From: Octopus sinensis
Taxonomy: Eukaryota
Length of the DNA: 64,000 bases
Direction of reading: 5' to 3'
Assembly (NCBI RefSeq): GCF_006345805.1
Contig: NC_043017.1
Span: forward strand, 806,001-870,000
Below, one piece after another: positions 13,798 to 27,054 of this stretch (positions are counted from its first letter, which is position 1; the number at the start of each line of letters is the position of its first letter). A model generated the notes under the pieces. It worked only from the letters and a program-made list of their open reading frames with translations. It was not told the origin of the DNA and did not search any database. A program made the position numbers and the translations under genes.

Positions 13798-14885
13798 TTA
13801 TGATTTGATGTTTTAGCTCATGTAGTTCTGTTGGGTCAATATTTGTTTGACTTTCTTCATCTATTTGATTTTCATCTGTCTTAGTGTTTATGGTTGGTTC
13901 AGAGAGTATTTCACTTTGCCTATCAATTAAATTAACTCTTCCAATCTTTACTGCGTTTTTATCAGCCCTGGGCTGGTCTATAATTATTTCCTCAGTAGTG
14001 TTTATAACTGCAACTTCGTTCCTTTTGTCCCTTACAGATTGCTTAATTTGGTCAATCTCTACTTCAGTTAGTAATTTTTTTCATAATGTTTCCTCTGACG
14101 TTGGCAAGTTTGTTACTGTCTACATAGGGTCTTACTTCAGGGTGTTTCTGTTTCCAGTTTAAGTAGGTTTGTACAGTATTAGAAGTATTTGTAGGGAAAT
14201 AGATGGCGTGATAGAAGGCATTAAGAATTTGTTTATTATCGTCCCTGGACTGTTTTTCATTCTTTTCGTTTGGTTATTTGATGACGAGCAAGGATATCCA
14301 TCTGTTGGAATATTCCGGTTGTGGGTACTTCCAGCTCCTGTGTTTTGAGAAGATTTGAACCAGTAGCTGATTGTTGGTACGCAATCTGGTTCTTCACACG
14401 TGTACGCGGCCCTTGGTGATCCCGATGATGGCGGATCCGCTTTGTATTTTGCTTTGTTATCACTAAAGCATGACAAGTTTGGACGTTGACATTAGGGGAC
14501 GGATCAGTCTGTTTAGCGTAAATTTTTGGAGACAACACCGCCTCCGAGTTCTTTGAAAGAAAACATTGCTCGTAACGTAGATTCTTAAGGCTAACATCTG
14601 CATTCGTCTGTATTTTTTTGTTGATGGATTCATGTCCGGGCATGGTTTTTTGTGGTGATTTAGACTTATGGATTGTTTACTCTGTCTGTGTTAGTCTGAA
14701 AAATAAAAAAAAATGTACTTTCATATTCGTCTATTTGTGTCTTGTAGGTTTTACGTAGTTGTGCAATCATTGGGATGTATGTTTGGATCTATAGTATTAA
14801 AATTCATTTATGATTGTGTAGACACTCAAGTATGTGCGTAATTACTCAAATTACGTACTTACAGTTTTATTCCACTTATCTTTTA
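13798..14885 (-). mobile_element. 5' region (UTR plus ORF N-terminus) of an R4/Dong-like LINE
   Basis: Minus translation SRDDNKQILNAFYHAIYFPTNTSNTVQTYLNWKQKHPEVRPYVDSNKLANVRGNIMKK(fs)LLTEVEIDQIKQSV resembles the N-terminal motif I recall for RLE LINE ORFs; the 5' end abuts (AAT)n. Family call is inference. Confidence 0.6.
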
Positions 14886-14887
14886 TA

Positions 14888-14996
<109 letters not shown>

Positions 14997-14997
14997 G

Positions 14998-15180
14998 CGT
15001 TTGATTTGTACAGGTTGACTCCGAGTCTCACCAAGAGACCTCAAGAGACAATGATTTAGAAATTCAAGTTGGTATTATGCACACGGTATCATATCAATGG
15101 TTTTGCACACGGTATGGTTCTAGAGAATGTTTAAGAAAACATAAGAAAATTTAAAGTTTGTTTTGAAAGGTAAATTATGG
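14998..15180 (-). mobile_element. 180-bp 3'-UTR-only copy of the R4/Dong-like LINE inside (AAT)n
   Basis: Reverse complement matches the 3' UTRs at 11380-11555 and 61120-61203 (ttctctagaac..atgtgcaaaacc; tgtctcttgaggtctc.tggtgagact.ggag.caac.tgtacaaat); (TTA)n on both sides. Confidence 0.8.
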
Positions 15181-15193
15181 TTATTATTATTAC

Positions 15194-15251
<58 letters not shown>

Positions 15252-15710
15252 GAGTCAGAGAGCAGTGCATGCCATCAAAGTGACAATGAGGTAAAATATA
15301 CGAAGTCCAATATACCCATCATGACTACCCGTCTGATAAGGGTACACTAAGCACATATCACAACCATATGTGCGCGACATGGTGATCTCATATCAAGATA
15401 AGCAGCACATGACCTTGCAGGTGGGGCCCAGTTAGAATTTTCTTCTGGTCGAGTAACCCATCCCGCTCAAAAGGTCCCTGAATAACGGTTATTTAAAGAT
15501 GTAGAATGAAACGCACATGTTTCCAAAGGTGAACTATTCAAACCCCCCAAAATTCCTTTCAACACACGGCTAGGATGCTTCCCCACTACTTCTGCTCGTG
15601 ATCAGAGATGCACACATCGTCAGCCACTACGGGACATACTCAACTGGTTAAGCTCAAACAACTGACAAGCAAATCTGTGGTATTGAGCAGAATATTTGCT
15701 GTAGCCCATC
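15252..15710 (-). mobile_element. interspersed non-autonomous repeat whose minus-strand 3' end abuts (AAT)n
   Basis: GC-richer non-coding block ending ...ctctgactc|aataataat on the minus strand; resembles an abundant octopus repeat from memory; single copy in this window. Confidence 0.45.
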
Positions 15711-15893
15711 CACATAAACCAGCGGTTCTGGTAAAGAAGCCGACAGAATAAATACCAGGCTTTAGAAAGTTAGTCGGGTAGATTCGTTCAAATAAAACTC
15801 TTCAAGCCATTGCCAAAGCATTGCCGCAGTCTGATATATGTAATATATATATATTATATAATATATATATATATATATCAGCATACATACATA

Positions 15894-15972
<79 letters not shown>

Positions 15973-16079
15973 ATATAAATCTATACCTCTCATTCTGTAT
16001 GTATGTATTTATTTATGTAGCCATCTATCTATCTATCCATCCATCTATCTAGTATATATATATATATATAATATATGTT

Positions 16080-16123
<44 letters not shown>

Positions 16124-17050
16124 AGATATATATACATTATATATATATATATATATGTATAGATAATTATATATATATATAATATATATATATATAATAT
16201 ATAGAGCGTATGGATGGATCGATGGATGTGTATGTCTGAGTTTGTTCTTGTATATCTATGTCTGTCCGTGTCTATGTATGAGCGTATATGTTCGTAAAAT
16301 AAACGTATAAGAATATTATAGAACAAATACACATACATACAGACATAGACATATAAATAATACGTCTACCATTATAAAAATCATAAACTGCAATGAGATG
16401 TTGTCATAATGAAATCTTACAAGGCAAGATAGAAAACAACGTCGTTTTACGCAAAACAATTTATGACCAGAGATTGGTAAACATATTGGCTGCACATAAT
16501 GGAAATATATTGTCTAATGTCTCTTATTTTGTTATATGAAGCATCTCGGTATCTAACGCATTTCTTCCAGTAAAATGAAGACGAAATTGAAGGAGGAAAG
16601 AACTGCTACCGTTTCGAAAATAAAATCTGATTCGACATTTATATTTTATATTTTTGTTTTCAATGAAATAAATAAAATGTGTAAATAGGTGGTGGTGGTG
16701 GTGGTGGGAGAAGAAATATAGAAAAGAATTAGAGATTAATATATAAAGAATAAAGTAGTCTTAAAAGCTTAGTTACTAAGATTTATAATTGCAGTTATTT
16801 GTTTTTATTTTTTTAGATTCTGTATTGTCTTTACTATTAGTTTTTCTTTAGCGTATTTAAGATGTTAACAATACAAATAGGACAATGTTGACACCTCGAT
16901 ATATTTCCATATTATATACTCTACAAGTATATAGTGTATATACAAGTATATGCAGCAGATATATACATACATACATACATACATACATACATACAATATA
17001 TATATATATACATATATACATATATATATATTTATATATATTCATATATA

Positions 17051-17280
17051 TTTCTTTACTGCCCACCAGGGGCTAAACAGAGAGGAGACAAACAAGGACA
17101 GTCAAAAGGATTAAGACGATTACATCGACCCCAGTGCGAAACTGGTACTTTATTTATCGACCCCGAAATGATGAAAGGCAAAGTCGACCTCGGCGGAATT
17201 TGAACTCAGAACGTAACGACAGACGAAATACCGCCAAGCATTTCGCCCGGCGCGCTAACGTTTCTGCCAGCTCGCCGCCT
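17051..17280 (-). mobile_element. tRNA-derived SINE family C, near intact
   Basis: Minus strand: aggcggcgagcTGGCAGAAACGTTAGC...GTTCTGAGTTCAAATTCC (B box), then gtcgactttgcctttcatcatttcggggtcgataaat...gtaccag core (Meta/Sauria-like, from memory). Confidence 0.9.
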
Positions 17281-17679
17281 TATATATTTATATATATACA
17301 TATATATGTAATATATATACTATATATATATATGTATGTATACTATAAATATATATAGATGTATTCTACACACACATATATATATATATATATATACACG
17401 CACACACACACACACACATATATATATATGCATGAAAGGGTGAGATGTGGGTTTGGGTTAGAGTTTTGGTTGTAGGGTGGGGTATGTGGGAGTGGGGTGG
17501 GGGTGGAGGGGAAGGATGAAAGGAGAAGGTGTGTAGGAGTGAAGAGAGGAAGTAGGTGTCAGGGCAAGAGAGGAGAGGAGAGGTGGATGAGAATGAAGAG
17601 AGGAAATAGGTGTGAGAGAAGAGAGGAGAGATGAGGGAGGGGATTTGAGACCATGTGGCGCAAAGGAACGACGAAAGAA

Positions 17680-18060
17680 GATCAATTCCTGTACACGGCG
17701 ACGGCGGAAAACCGGATGGCCCCTGTGCAACGTTGTAAAAAAATATAACCGATAAATAAGCCTGTATTGGATTATGTGAAAGAGAATTTAAAAATCGCTT
17801 TGCCGGTCACATAGCCTCCTTCCGAGAACCGGACAAAAGCAAAGGTACTTAGATGTCTGCTACGTATGGATTTTGAAGGGATCAGGAAACACCATATGTG
17901 ACCAAATGGAAAATGATTGCGAAATCCATACCTTACGTTAAAGGATCGAATGAATATAGGCTTCGTTTAGGTGAAAGAGCGCAGATCCTGTTCAGATCCA
18001 AGATACTGTAGATGAGGTCAGAACAGTACTGGAGGAGTATTTTTCGTCACGGACAATTGA
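17680..18060 (+). mobile_element. decayed Penelope-like GIY-YIG endonuclease
   Basis: Frameshifted translation Y.GLCEREFKNRFAGHIASFREPDKSKGT*MSAYVWILKG..PYVTKWKMIAKSIPYVKGSNEYRLRLGERAQIL..MRSE is colinear with the 54843-55280 protein. Confidence 0.75.
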
Positions 18061-18240
18061 ATTTTGAAAGAGGAGCCTTGCACGTCTACCAGATAGATGG
18101 AAGAGCATTGCAGAAAATGAAGGAGAGAATATTTTAGATTAAAAAAAGAAATTTATTTATCTTCATTCTCAAAAAAAAATGAAGTATAAAAAACCACATT
18201 ATTATTTATGGGATGACCCAGTATATACTTACATGCATAT

Positions 18241-18499
18241 TTATGTATATATATTGAGGGGCTCAGAGCTAGTTAGTGTCTGGCTAGCGTTGCTGAGGAT
18301 CTCCTTGTGGTAGGTGTAGGCGTTTTCAAGAAACGAATTCAACTCCTGATCTTCAGGGTCCCAGGTGGACCTCATCACGGTACGATGCTCAATAAAGGGG
18401 AACTGTACTGAACATCGTCTTTTGTCCAAAAGCCAATCGTGTAGGAATGGCCACTGAAAGAGTGATTACACTGGCGGGTGATTACACGCAGCGTCTGGG
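18241..18499 (-). other. candidate coding exon or gene fragment, unidentified
   Basis: Roughly 48% GC island; long polypyrimidine tract plus tttcag acceptor at 18500; two overlapping open frames (QTLRVITRQCNHSFSGHSYTIGFWTKDD...; WPFLHDW...RSTWDPEDQELNSFLENAYTYHKEIL). No family recognised. Confidence 0.3.
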
Positions 18500-18547
18500 C
18501 TGAAACACGTAAAAGAAAATAGAAGCAATGAAAGAATATACATATAT

Positions 18548-18586
<39 letters not shown>

Positions 18587-18677
18587 GTGATAATATGATA
18601 TTAGTAGAGAATATAATTCCAAAACTTACAGAGAAAAGTTCAATTTAACAATTTTAAATCGAATTTCACAATATATT

Positions 18678-19314
18678 ATATATGTATATAATTTAGAGAA
18701 AAACCACTATTAAACAATTCAATAAAGAAAGATATAATTCACAGATATAATTCATGTAGAAAACATAAAATAAAACCTGATTTTAAATCAATAAAGTACA
18801 ACAAATAGTAAATCACCTCAATAAGCCATTTTAAACAAATGTGATCACCACGTGCGTAAGGACATGATGTAAGGTGAACTCTGGCAAGTATACTATTTAC
18901 TTCTATTTATGATTTATTATAATTTATTGATTTAAAATAATGCTTTTATAGTATATGTTTTCTATATGGTGTGAATAACATATTTCTTTATTGAATTGTT
19001 TAATAGTGGTTTTTCTCTAAATTATATATACATATATATAATATATATATATATAATATATAATATATATATATATATATATACATACATGCATACATAT
19101 ATACACACACATACATACTGATATATATATATATGTATATATCTATATCTATCTATCTACATATATATATATATAATATATTTACATTCATACATACATA
19201 CACACATACATATATAAATAAGGTTTCTTTATAGTATATGTTCTCTATATAGTGTGAATAACATCTTTCTTTATTGAATTATTTAATCGTGGTTTTTCTC
19301 TAAATTATATATAC

Positions 19315-19320
<6 letters not shown>
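18678..19320. repeat. fold-back unit: about 55-bp core in one inverted and two direct copies among (TA)n
   Basis: Direct: 18678-18730 is the reverse complement of 18983-19040; 19222-19320 repeats 18941-19040. Confidence 0.8.
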
Positions 19321-19379
<59 letters not shown>

Positions 19380-19549
19380 TATATATATATATACATACAT
19401 ACATACACCACATATATATGTGTATGTGTGTATGGATAAATTAAGAAACGCAGGTGTTATTCAAATAACATGCACTTCCAACATATGTTTCGAGAAATAC
19501 ATTTATATGCATACACATTCATATATACATATATATATATATATGCACA

Positions 19550-19591
<42 letters not shown>

Positions 19592-20078
19592 GTGTATAGA
19601 ATGCAAAAGGAAAACGGAGAGTTCAAATTGACATATGTTAATTTATTAACAATATTATATTATTATTATTACAATAATATAAAAATATGAAAATAAATAT
19701 AAATATAATCGCTACACACTTCACGTATGTGTGTCGATAAACGACAGAAACCTCGACATTTCTACTGTGAAGGACGCCTTTAAAAGGTATAGTTTTAAAA
19801 ACACTGCGGGCATGTGAACCAAACGAAGTGAAATCGCCACGTTAGTGCTGCTGGGAACGGCAGATGCCGTTTTTTTCTGTTTATCAACACCGCGTACTTG
19901 GTTTCTCTCCGAAATAGAATCGAAATATTTAGCTTGAGGCATATATAAATAGTTGAAAATGTATTTTTGTTGTCTGGGATGCACGCAGTTGTCCACCACT
20001 TTTGTAAAAATATGGAGATGAAAATTAAATCCTATATACGAATGTACGCGCGCGTGCTATTATGCTAGCGGCTGTGTT

Positions 20079-20125
<47 letters not shown>

Positions 20126-20332
20126 GGGTGTGTGTATGCGTGTGTGTATGCGAGAGTGTCTGTTTGTGTGTGTGAGTGCGTGCGTGTATGCTAGCGGCTT
20201 CCACAAATGCACACAAAGATTCTCCTATTTGAACACACATTCATGTAGCCTCATTTTAATATACAATAACTGCATTTACACAAATATACTCCCATTTACA
20301 CACACTCACACACACGGTGCATATGGATACAT

Positions 20333-20363
<31 letters not shown>

Positions 20364-20513
20364 GATAGATATATATACATATATATGTATATATATATAT
20401 ATATACATACATACATACATATATATATGCATACATATATATATTATACAAACATGTATTTATGTATGCAACTATTTAAGTATATATGTATATATGCCTT
20501 TTTGTGTATCTCC

Positions 20514-20631
<118 letters not shown>

Positions 20632-21139
20632 CATACACGTACAAAAACACACAGAAACGCATGCACAGATATAGGTATGTCACCAACGTCTCTATCGCAA
20701 ACATTCAACTGTAAGAAAAATCAATACGCAAAGTGAACCTTATTTACAATATCGATAATGGAGAGATAATGTATCTGCTATGAAATGACTTGGGAGATGG
20801 TTGTTTGATTAATTATTAGTTACTCCTCCTCTTTGTCTCATAACATCACCGCAAAACAATAAATATTTCGCTCTTATCTCACGTCGCTTCTTTTAATCTC
20901 GAAATTTTGGTTTTCCTCTCGTCTATTTAAAATGGCGACTCTCAATTAGTTTTGTTTCCTGATTCCGTACATTTTATCATTTAAGTATTATTTAGTTTTT
21001 TTATTGGTTTGCAAGGTTTTTGATGTGTATTCCTCCGCTGAAGCAGATTTTATTTTCTCGCGGAAGGGTCACAACGCCAATAATAATCACACGCATTGAT
21101 TCAATTCCACTTGTTTATTACTTGTCAATTGTTCAGATA

Positions 21140-21800
21140 TTTAATCAACTAACACATTGTTTGATTAATAATTTGCTTATTTAGTCAATCAGCTGTATTT
21201 CATCTATCAATTGTTTTCGTCACCATTCTTAGCTTTTTCAATGACAAACTCTTTCAGCTCTTGGTTTGCTTCATGTCTGTCTCTTAGTATGCCAAAATTC
21301 TTTGTTCCGACTTTCTTCCATTCGTTCTCTTCTATTTTATCATTCTGGCATTATATTTCTCGTTTGCATTTGTCATTTTTCATACAACAATTTTCTTCCA
21401 TTTCTTTTCCTTGTCTTACTTTATCGAATCTTTTTCTTCCAATATATTCCTAAATTTCTGCTTTCTAATACTTTCTGTCATTCCATTCCTGTCTCTCTTG
21501 ATTCTAGTATTTCCTTGATCCCAATAGTTTCTTCTAAATCTCCCTTTTCTACTGGTAAGCATTTTCCCCTTCATCCGAAATCTGTCTTTTCTGATTCTAC
21601 GAATTTCTTTCATGTTATTCTTCAGACAAAATTATTGATTCCTTCTTTGACTACATTTCTATGTTCTTCAATTGTCTTTGAATCATCGACTTCCTTTTTA
21701 TTTCGCAAATATTGTCTTTCAATCTCCGCCTGTCTTCCTTGTATTTTAGCATTTTTTTTTCTTACATTAACCATCTTTCTCTCTGCAGAACAATATTTGC
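21140..21800 (-). pseudogene. heavily decayed charged/coiled-coil ORF, possibly LINE ORF1
   Basis: Minus strand is K/E/R-rich with many stops (MVNVRKKNAKIQGRQAEIERQYLRNKKEVDDSKTIEEHRN...LEETIGIKEILE). Identity inferred only. Confidence 0.25.
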
Positions 21801-22639
21801 TTTAAGTCACCGTCTGTTTTTATGAATATTTATTATCATTTTCTTTTCCTTTTACTTGTCTCAGTGTCCTTGTGTCAAACACGGAGCAGAAATTTTGTCA
21901 ATATGTGTACAAAAGACGGTTAAAAATGAACAACACTTGCAAAGGACTCGAAGTTGAAGTGTTCCTAGAACCACCACCACCATAACCCCCCCCCCCCCCA
22001 ACTACCACCACCACCACCACCACCACCACCATAACAACAACAATAGCAATTATAATGGTAGTAATTTATTCTGAAAATCAGCTGTTGATTGATGCCGTGG
22101 ACCCCATTGTTAAGTGGGTCCTTATTTTGTTGCAACGCTCCATTTTTTGGATTACGAACCATAAAAATTTGGATAACTTGCTCCCTACTTGGTACTGGTG
22201 TGTGTATGTATATGTGTATATGTGTGTGCGCTTGTGTTTGTGTATGTGTGTGTTTTGTTTGTTGGTAGTGGCAGAATTTCGGCAAAAATACATTTTCGTA
22301 GAATGTTTTGTTAACTGTCACTGAACGCAAGCCACAAACTTTCCATCAAGCTTAAAACCTTGTCAGTTTCACTGAAAACGCACAAGAGAAAAAGAAAATG
22401 AATATAAATAATGCGAAAGATATAAATATTTTGATAGCAAAAAATATATTTTGGTGGGTTTTCTCCGAAAAAGAAAGAGAGCGATTGTAACAATTTGATT
22501 TACAATGACAACGACAACAAGAAACCCTCCGGATTGCAGACGTTGTTTATAAATGTGGTATCTTTGCTGTAGGCAATAAATATCCTGTTAGAAGAAGAAA
22601 TGTAGAAGAAACTTTCCAAGAACGGACGAAAACTGAGTG

Positions 22640-23620
22640 GACATATCCATCTGTCACGAACAGGGAATGTGTATTTTCTGTTTTGATTTGAAGGAGGCCC
22701 TAGTTGATATGAGTAACTGAATATTAATCTATGCATAGGTACGGTATACGGTGGTGTCTGACTGGCAAGAGAGACAATGAGATTACTCATCCAGAGGATT
22801 GTACTGTACTAAATCGTGCAGAGCAACACAGGAGTGACAATAAAAAACGTGGAAACGACATTGGAACCCAGCTCATAGTAACCCTACTTGCACAATATGA
22901 CCGGTGTCTTGACATTGTTTAAGGCTGACATGGGACTACATATGGTTGGATTGGGAGGAAATCAGCATATATTTAGAAATTGTTTTGTTCCTTGAAGCCT
23001 TCTAGGACCTTCCAGATCTGACTCCACTGCTGCTGTAGAAATATGGGCAATGATTCCACCAGTGCAGGGCAGAAGGTGTAACAGTCAAACATGGGGTAAC
23101 AATATACATCTGACGCCCTTTAAACACCGTGTAAGTGGAAATTCTGTTTTTCAATATATATGCAACGAGTTTTGATCATATTATGTTGGGTGATGTTTGC
23201 ATTTCGTATATTGTGTGTATTTGACTGAATGTGATCCGTTTTCGGGTCTTGATTCCATAGGATTGTGTTGCGTAGGATGTGTTATACTAACAAGTGGAAA
23301 CTGCATATAATGTGAGTTGAGAGAGAGAGTAAAGGATGTTATAGTGATGAACATTGATTATGAAAAAGATTGTTCGGCGATATATCAACAGGCATTGATT
23401 GAACAGAATGTGTCATGTTTTATTGCTTGATAATGATTCTCTACTGTAAGTGGTATATTGCTCATTTATAGTTTTGTTATTTCATTGGATGTTCATTGTA
23501 GTGTTTACGAGAATTGTTCGGAGAGGTTACCAACTAATTTGGAAATGCCTTCGATGGATTTGGGAATGTACTTACGAGAGCTTTTTAGATTAGTGTCAAG
23601 CTGAGACATGGCGCCATTGT
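22640..23620 (-). mobile_element. decayed LINE ORF1 (gag-like CCHC) remnant
   Basis: Fragments across frames (PNPTIC, QCQDTGH, HCLSCQSD, IKTEN) occur in the order expected for I/Jockey-group ORF1 zinc knuckles; many stops. Confidence 0.35.
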
Positions 23621-23784
23621 TTTGCATTTTTTAAATTCACATTGTTGTTGCTATCGTTATTATTATAAATACGTTGAGAATGTGCTTTTGAGTTTCCATT
23701 GCTGAGAGAGAGAGAGAAAGTTGGAGAGAGGGCTCTTGTCCTAGTGGTCGGGGCGCTTGTAGATGTTGTTGTTCTTGTTCTTGT

Positions 23785-23910
23785 TGTTAATATTGAGGCG
23801 GTGAGTTGACCGAATCGTTAGTGCATCTTTACGTCCTGAGTTCTAAGTCTGCCGACGTCGACTTCACCTTTCGTCCTTTCGGAAGTAAGTTCAATACTGG
23901 GATCGACGTC
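23785..23910 (+). mobile_element. SINE family C, decayed
   Basis: gaggcggtgagttgaccgaatcgttag...gtcgacttcacctttcgtcctttcgg matches family C. Confidence 0.7.
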
Positions 23911-23995
23911 GTCACTACGCCGCCGCTACGCTTCCGCCTTGTTCTACTACACTACTTACTCACGCTTCGAAGCCGTCTTCTGCTTCTTATACGTT

Positions 23996-24430
23996 CTACT
24001 ACTACTACTACTACTTCTTCTTTCTTCTTCTTTTCTTCTTCTTATTCTTCTTCTTCTTCTTCTTCTTCTCTCTTCTTCTTCTAATTCTTCTTGCTTCTTC
24101 TTCTTCTTCTTCTTCTTAATTCTTCTTTCTTCTCTTTCTCTTCTTCTTCTGCTCTTCTTCTTCTTCTTCTTCTTCTTCTTCTTCTTCTTCTTCTTCTTCT
24201 CTCTTCTTCTTCTTCTTTTCTTCTCTTCTCTCTTTCTTCTTCTTCTTCTTGTTCTCTTCTCTTTTCTTCTTCTTCTTTAATTCTTCTTTCTTTCTTCTTC
24301 TTCTCTCCTCTTCTTTCTTTTCTTCTTCTAATTCTTCTTATCTTCTTCTTTCTTTTCTTCTTCTTTCTTTCTTCTTATCAATTCTTCTTCTTCTAATACT
24401 CTCATCTACCTCTTAATTCTTCTTCTATCA
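23996..24430. repeat. degenerate (TTC)n pyrimidine tract
   Basis: Direct. Confidence 0.9.
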
Positions 24431-24559
24431 ACATCTCCTGCTACACCTCCTTATTGCTCTGGTCTGTGCATCATTGAATGTTCTTTCCTGTTGTTGAGAA
24501 TGCGCAAATTCTTCTCGGTATTGTATTGCTTAGCTTCTTTTCCCTTGAAGTGTGGTGCA

Positions 24560-25450
24560 GCCTTTTGGTGTATTCCTGCTTCTATTGTGTTTTGAGTGTG
24601 TAATGCGTCAGTTATCTAACTTGGAAGTTTATGTCATTGGCTAATTGTTGTATAGAGTCTTGTATTTGTGAGTTGTTTTGTTTAGGTTGTATTATTGAAT
24701 TAATAGTGTCTTGCGTAAAATATCGGCCCTTCCTAACAGGGATATTTACTGGATAGTGTATAGTGCCGAGGATCCAGATATAGGTTCTACTTTTTTGTTC
24801 ATATGTTCCTTTTTATCATGTCCAATGTTCCACTTATTCTCACGCCCTACATCTTGAATACTACAATTTGAAGGTCTTTGTATTTAGACAATTTCTCCAC
24901 TTCTTTTTGGATAATAATTTGATCAGAAGGTGCTGCAATGTCTATCAATAAGCAGATGCTTTTCCCAATCCTTGATTATTATGTCTGGGCGATTAGCTTT
25001 TATTTCTTTGTCGGTTTGAACCGGATTATCCCAGATGATTGTGGCCTGGTTGTTGTGTTGTACTTTGTCTGGAACATGCTTGTCAGTTTTAATGTTGTAA
25101 AGATGGCTTACTGTCCAGTGGATATAACTGCTTACTCGGTCGTGAATGTGTATGTATATATATATATATATCTTCAGATTTGGCAAGGAGTGGGCAGTCA
25201 GATATGACGTGTTCAACTGTTCTGGTTGCACATTCTGCAGTTGGGTGTTGGGGCTTGTTTTCATTATTTTGTTTTTACAATTGTTTGTACTCAGGCTTCG
25301 GCCTTGTGCAGCGAGAGTCAGTCCTTCCGATTCAGCTTTTAGTCTGGATCATTTGAGCCATTGTTCGCTTTTACCTCGGCTCACTTCCTCTCGGTCAAGT
25401 CTTGCTGGGTTCTGACCTTGGCGTGATTTTGATCTCCCTTTACCTTCAGA
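24560..25450 (-). mobile_element. decayed R4/Dong-like LINE (zinc knuckle plus RLE)
   Basis: Minus frames: PNCRMC...HDRVSSYIHW...QATIIWDNPVQTDKEIKANRPDIIIKD...LLIDIAAPSD...EKLSKYKDLQ. Confidence 0.85.
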
Positions 25451-25621
25451 GTCTTTTGTTATTATGTAATTATTTCTGCTATGTTGTTTCTGCTTTGTAT
25501 TTTGTCACCTTCTTGTGTATAGAGCTGAACACTGGGTTCAATGGAATCAACTATCCCCGTCCCCCAAATTTGAGACCTCGTGCCTTTAGTAGAAAGGGTT
25601 ATTAATATTATTATTATTATT

Positions 25622-25735
25622 GGTGAGTTGACAATAGTTAGCTCACCGACCAAAATGCTTAGTTACATTTCATCCGTCTGAAGGTTCTAAGTTCAAATTC
25701 CATCGAAGTCGACTTTACCTTTTATCTCCCTCCCC
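25622..25735 (+). mobile_element. SINE family C 5' fragment
   Basis: ggtgagttgacaatagttagc...gttctaagttcaaattccatcgaagtcgactttacc. Confidence 0.7.
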
Positions 25736-26800
25736 CTAAGTTTCAGGCCTTTTGCCTATAATACAAGGGATTATTATTATCATCATTTTATTATTCTTTA
25801 AATTTTTCTCATTTCTTGTATTACCTCCTCTTAATGCGCGATATAAGTTTTTAACACCTTCCATCATTTCATCTCCACAATCATACACACCACATGCCTT
25901 ACACGTATCGGACACAAACTCACAGTTATATACGCACGACGCATGTGTACACCACGTGTGATCTGCAAACATACAACCTCACGACTAAGTGTTTATACAC
26001 ACTTATTCACACATACCGGTCAAAAACTACACACACACACATACACACACACAGATACATATGCTTACACGTACACACACATACATACAATGCACTCACA
26101 ACTACACGCATACACATACGCCTATGCACATAATATAAATGTATATACACATACTTAAGTAATTCGAAACGACTACACAACTCGCACGTACATACTCGCT
26201 TGTGCTCGCTCAGGCGCAACGCGAAATCCTGACCTCCATATATACACTCTCACATACTTTCACATTTTTATACACATCGTACAGATACGCTCAACGTCCA
26301 CGAACAGACATACATAATCACGGACCCAAATTTTTGACACGCTCTACGCCACACATTTACACGCATATTCTCATGCACACATGCGTAAGAATGTCGTGAA
26401 TATACATGACATGCATTAATATATGCACATACACGTGCTCCATCCACCATTCTTATAAACACACACACACACAGTTTGCATAGAGCGCGGAGATCTATAC
26501 TGGCGCATAGTTACTTTCCGTTTACACTTAAATATACACAAATTCGAACAAACACGCACACATATGCATACACAGATACACAGAGCATTAATAAGAAACA
26601 CACAACACTACTAAGAACACAGCATTAACACACACACATGCAGAGAGAGACACACACACACACACACACAGAGTATCATATGCATGAGAGATTAACTGCC
26701 CAGTAGCAACACGTACAAGTACACGCACGCATCTACGCAAATTTAAACAATACAAAAAACACCACTATCATACAGAAAACTGATAATGATTGTGGGTGTC

Positions 26801-26846
<46 letters not shown>

Positions 26847-27022
26847 TGTGTGTGTGTGTGTCTGTGTGTGTGTGTGTGTAGATGTGTGTAGATATACGAA
26901 AAAGATGAGGATATATATATATATGAGTGTTAGCATGTATGTATGGACTTATGTCAATATAATGGTGTATATATATATATACCTTTACATTGACATAAAT
27001 ACATACATACATGCTAACAGTC

Positions 27023-27054
<32 letters not shown>

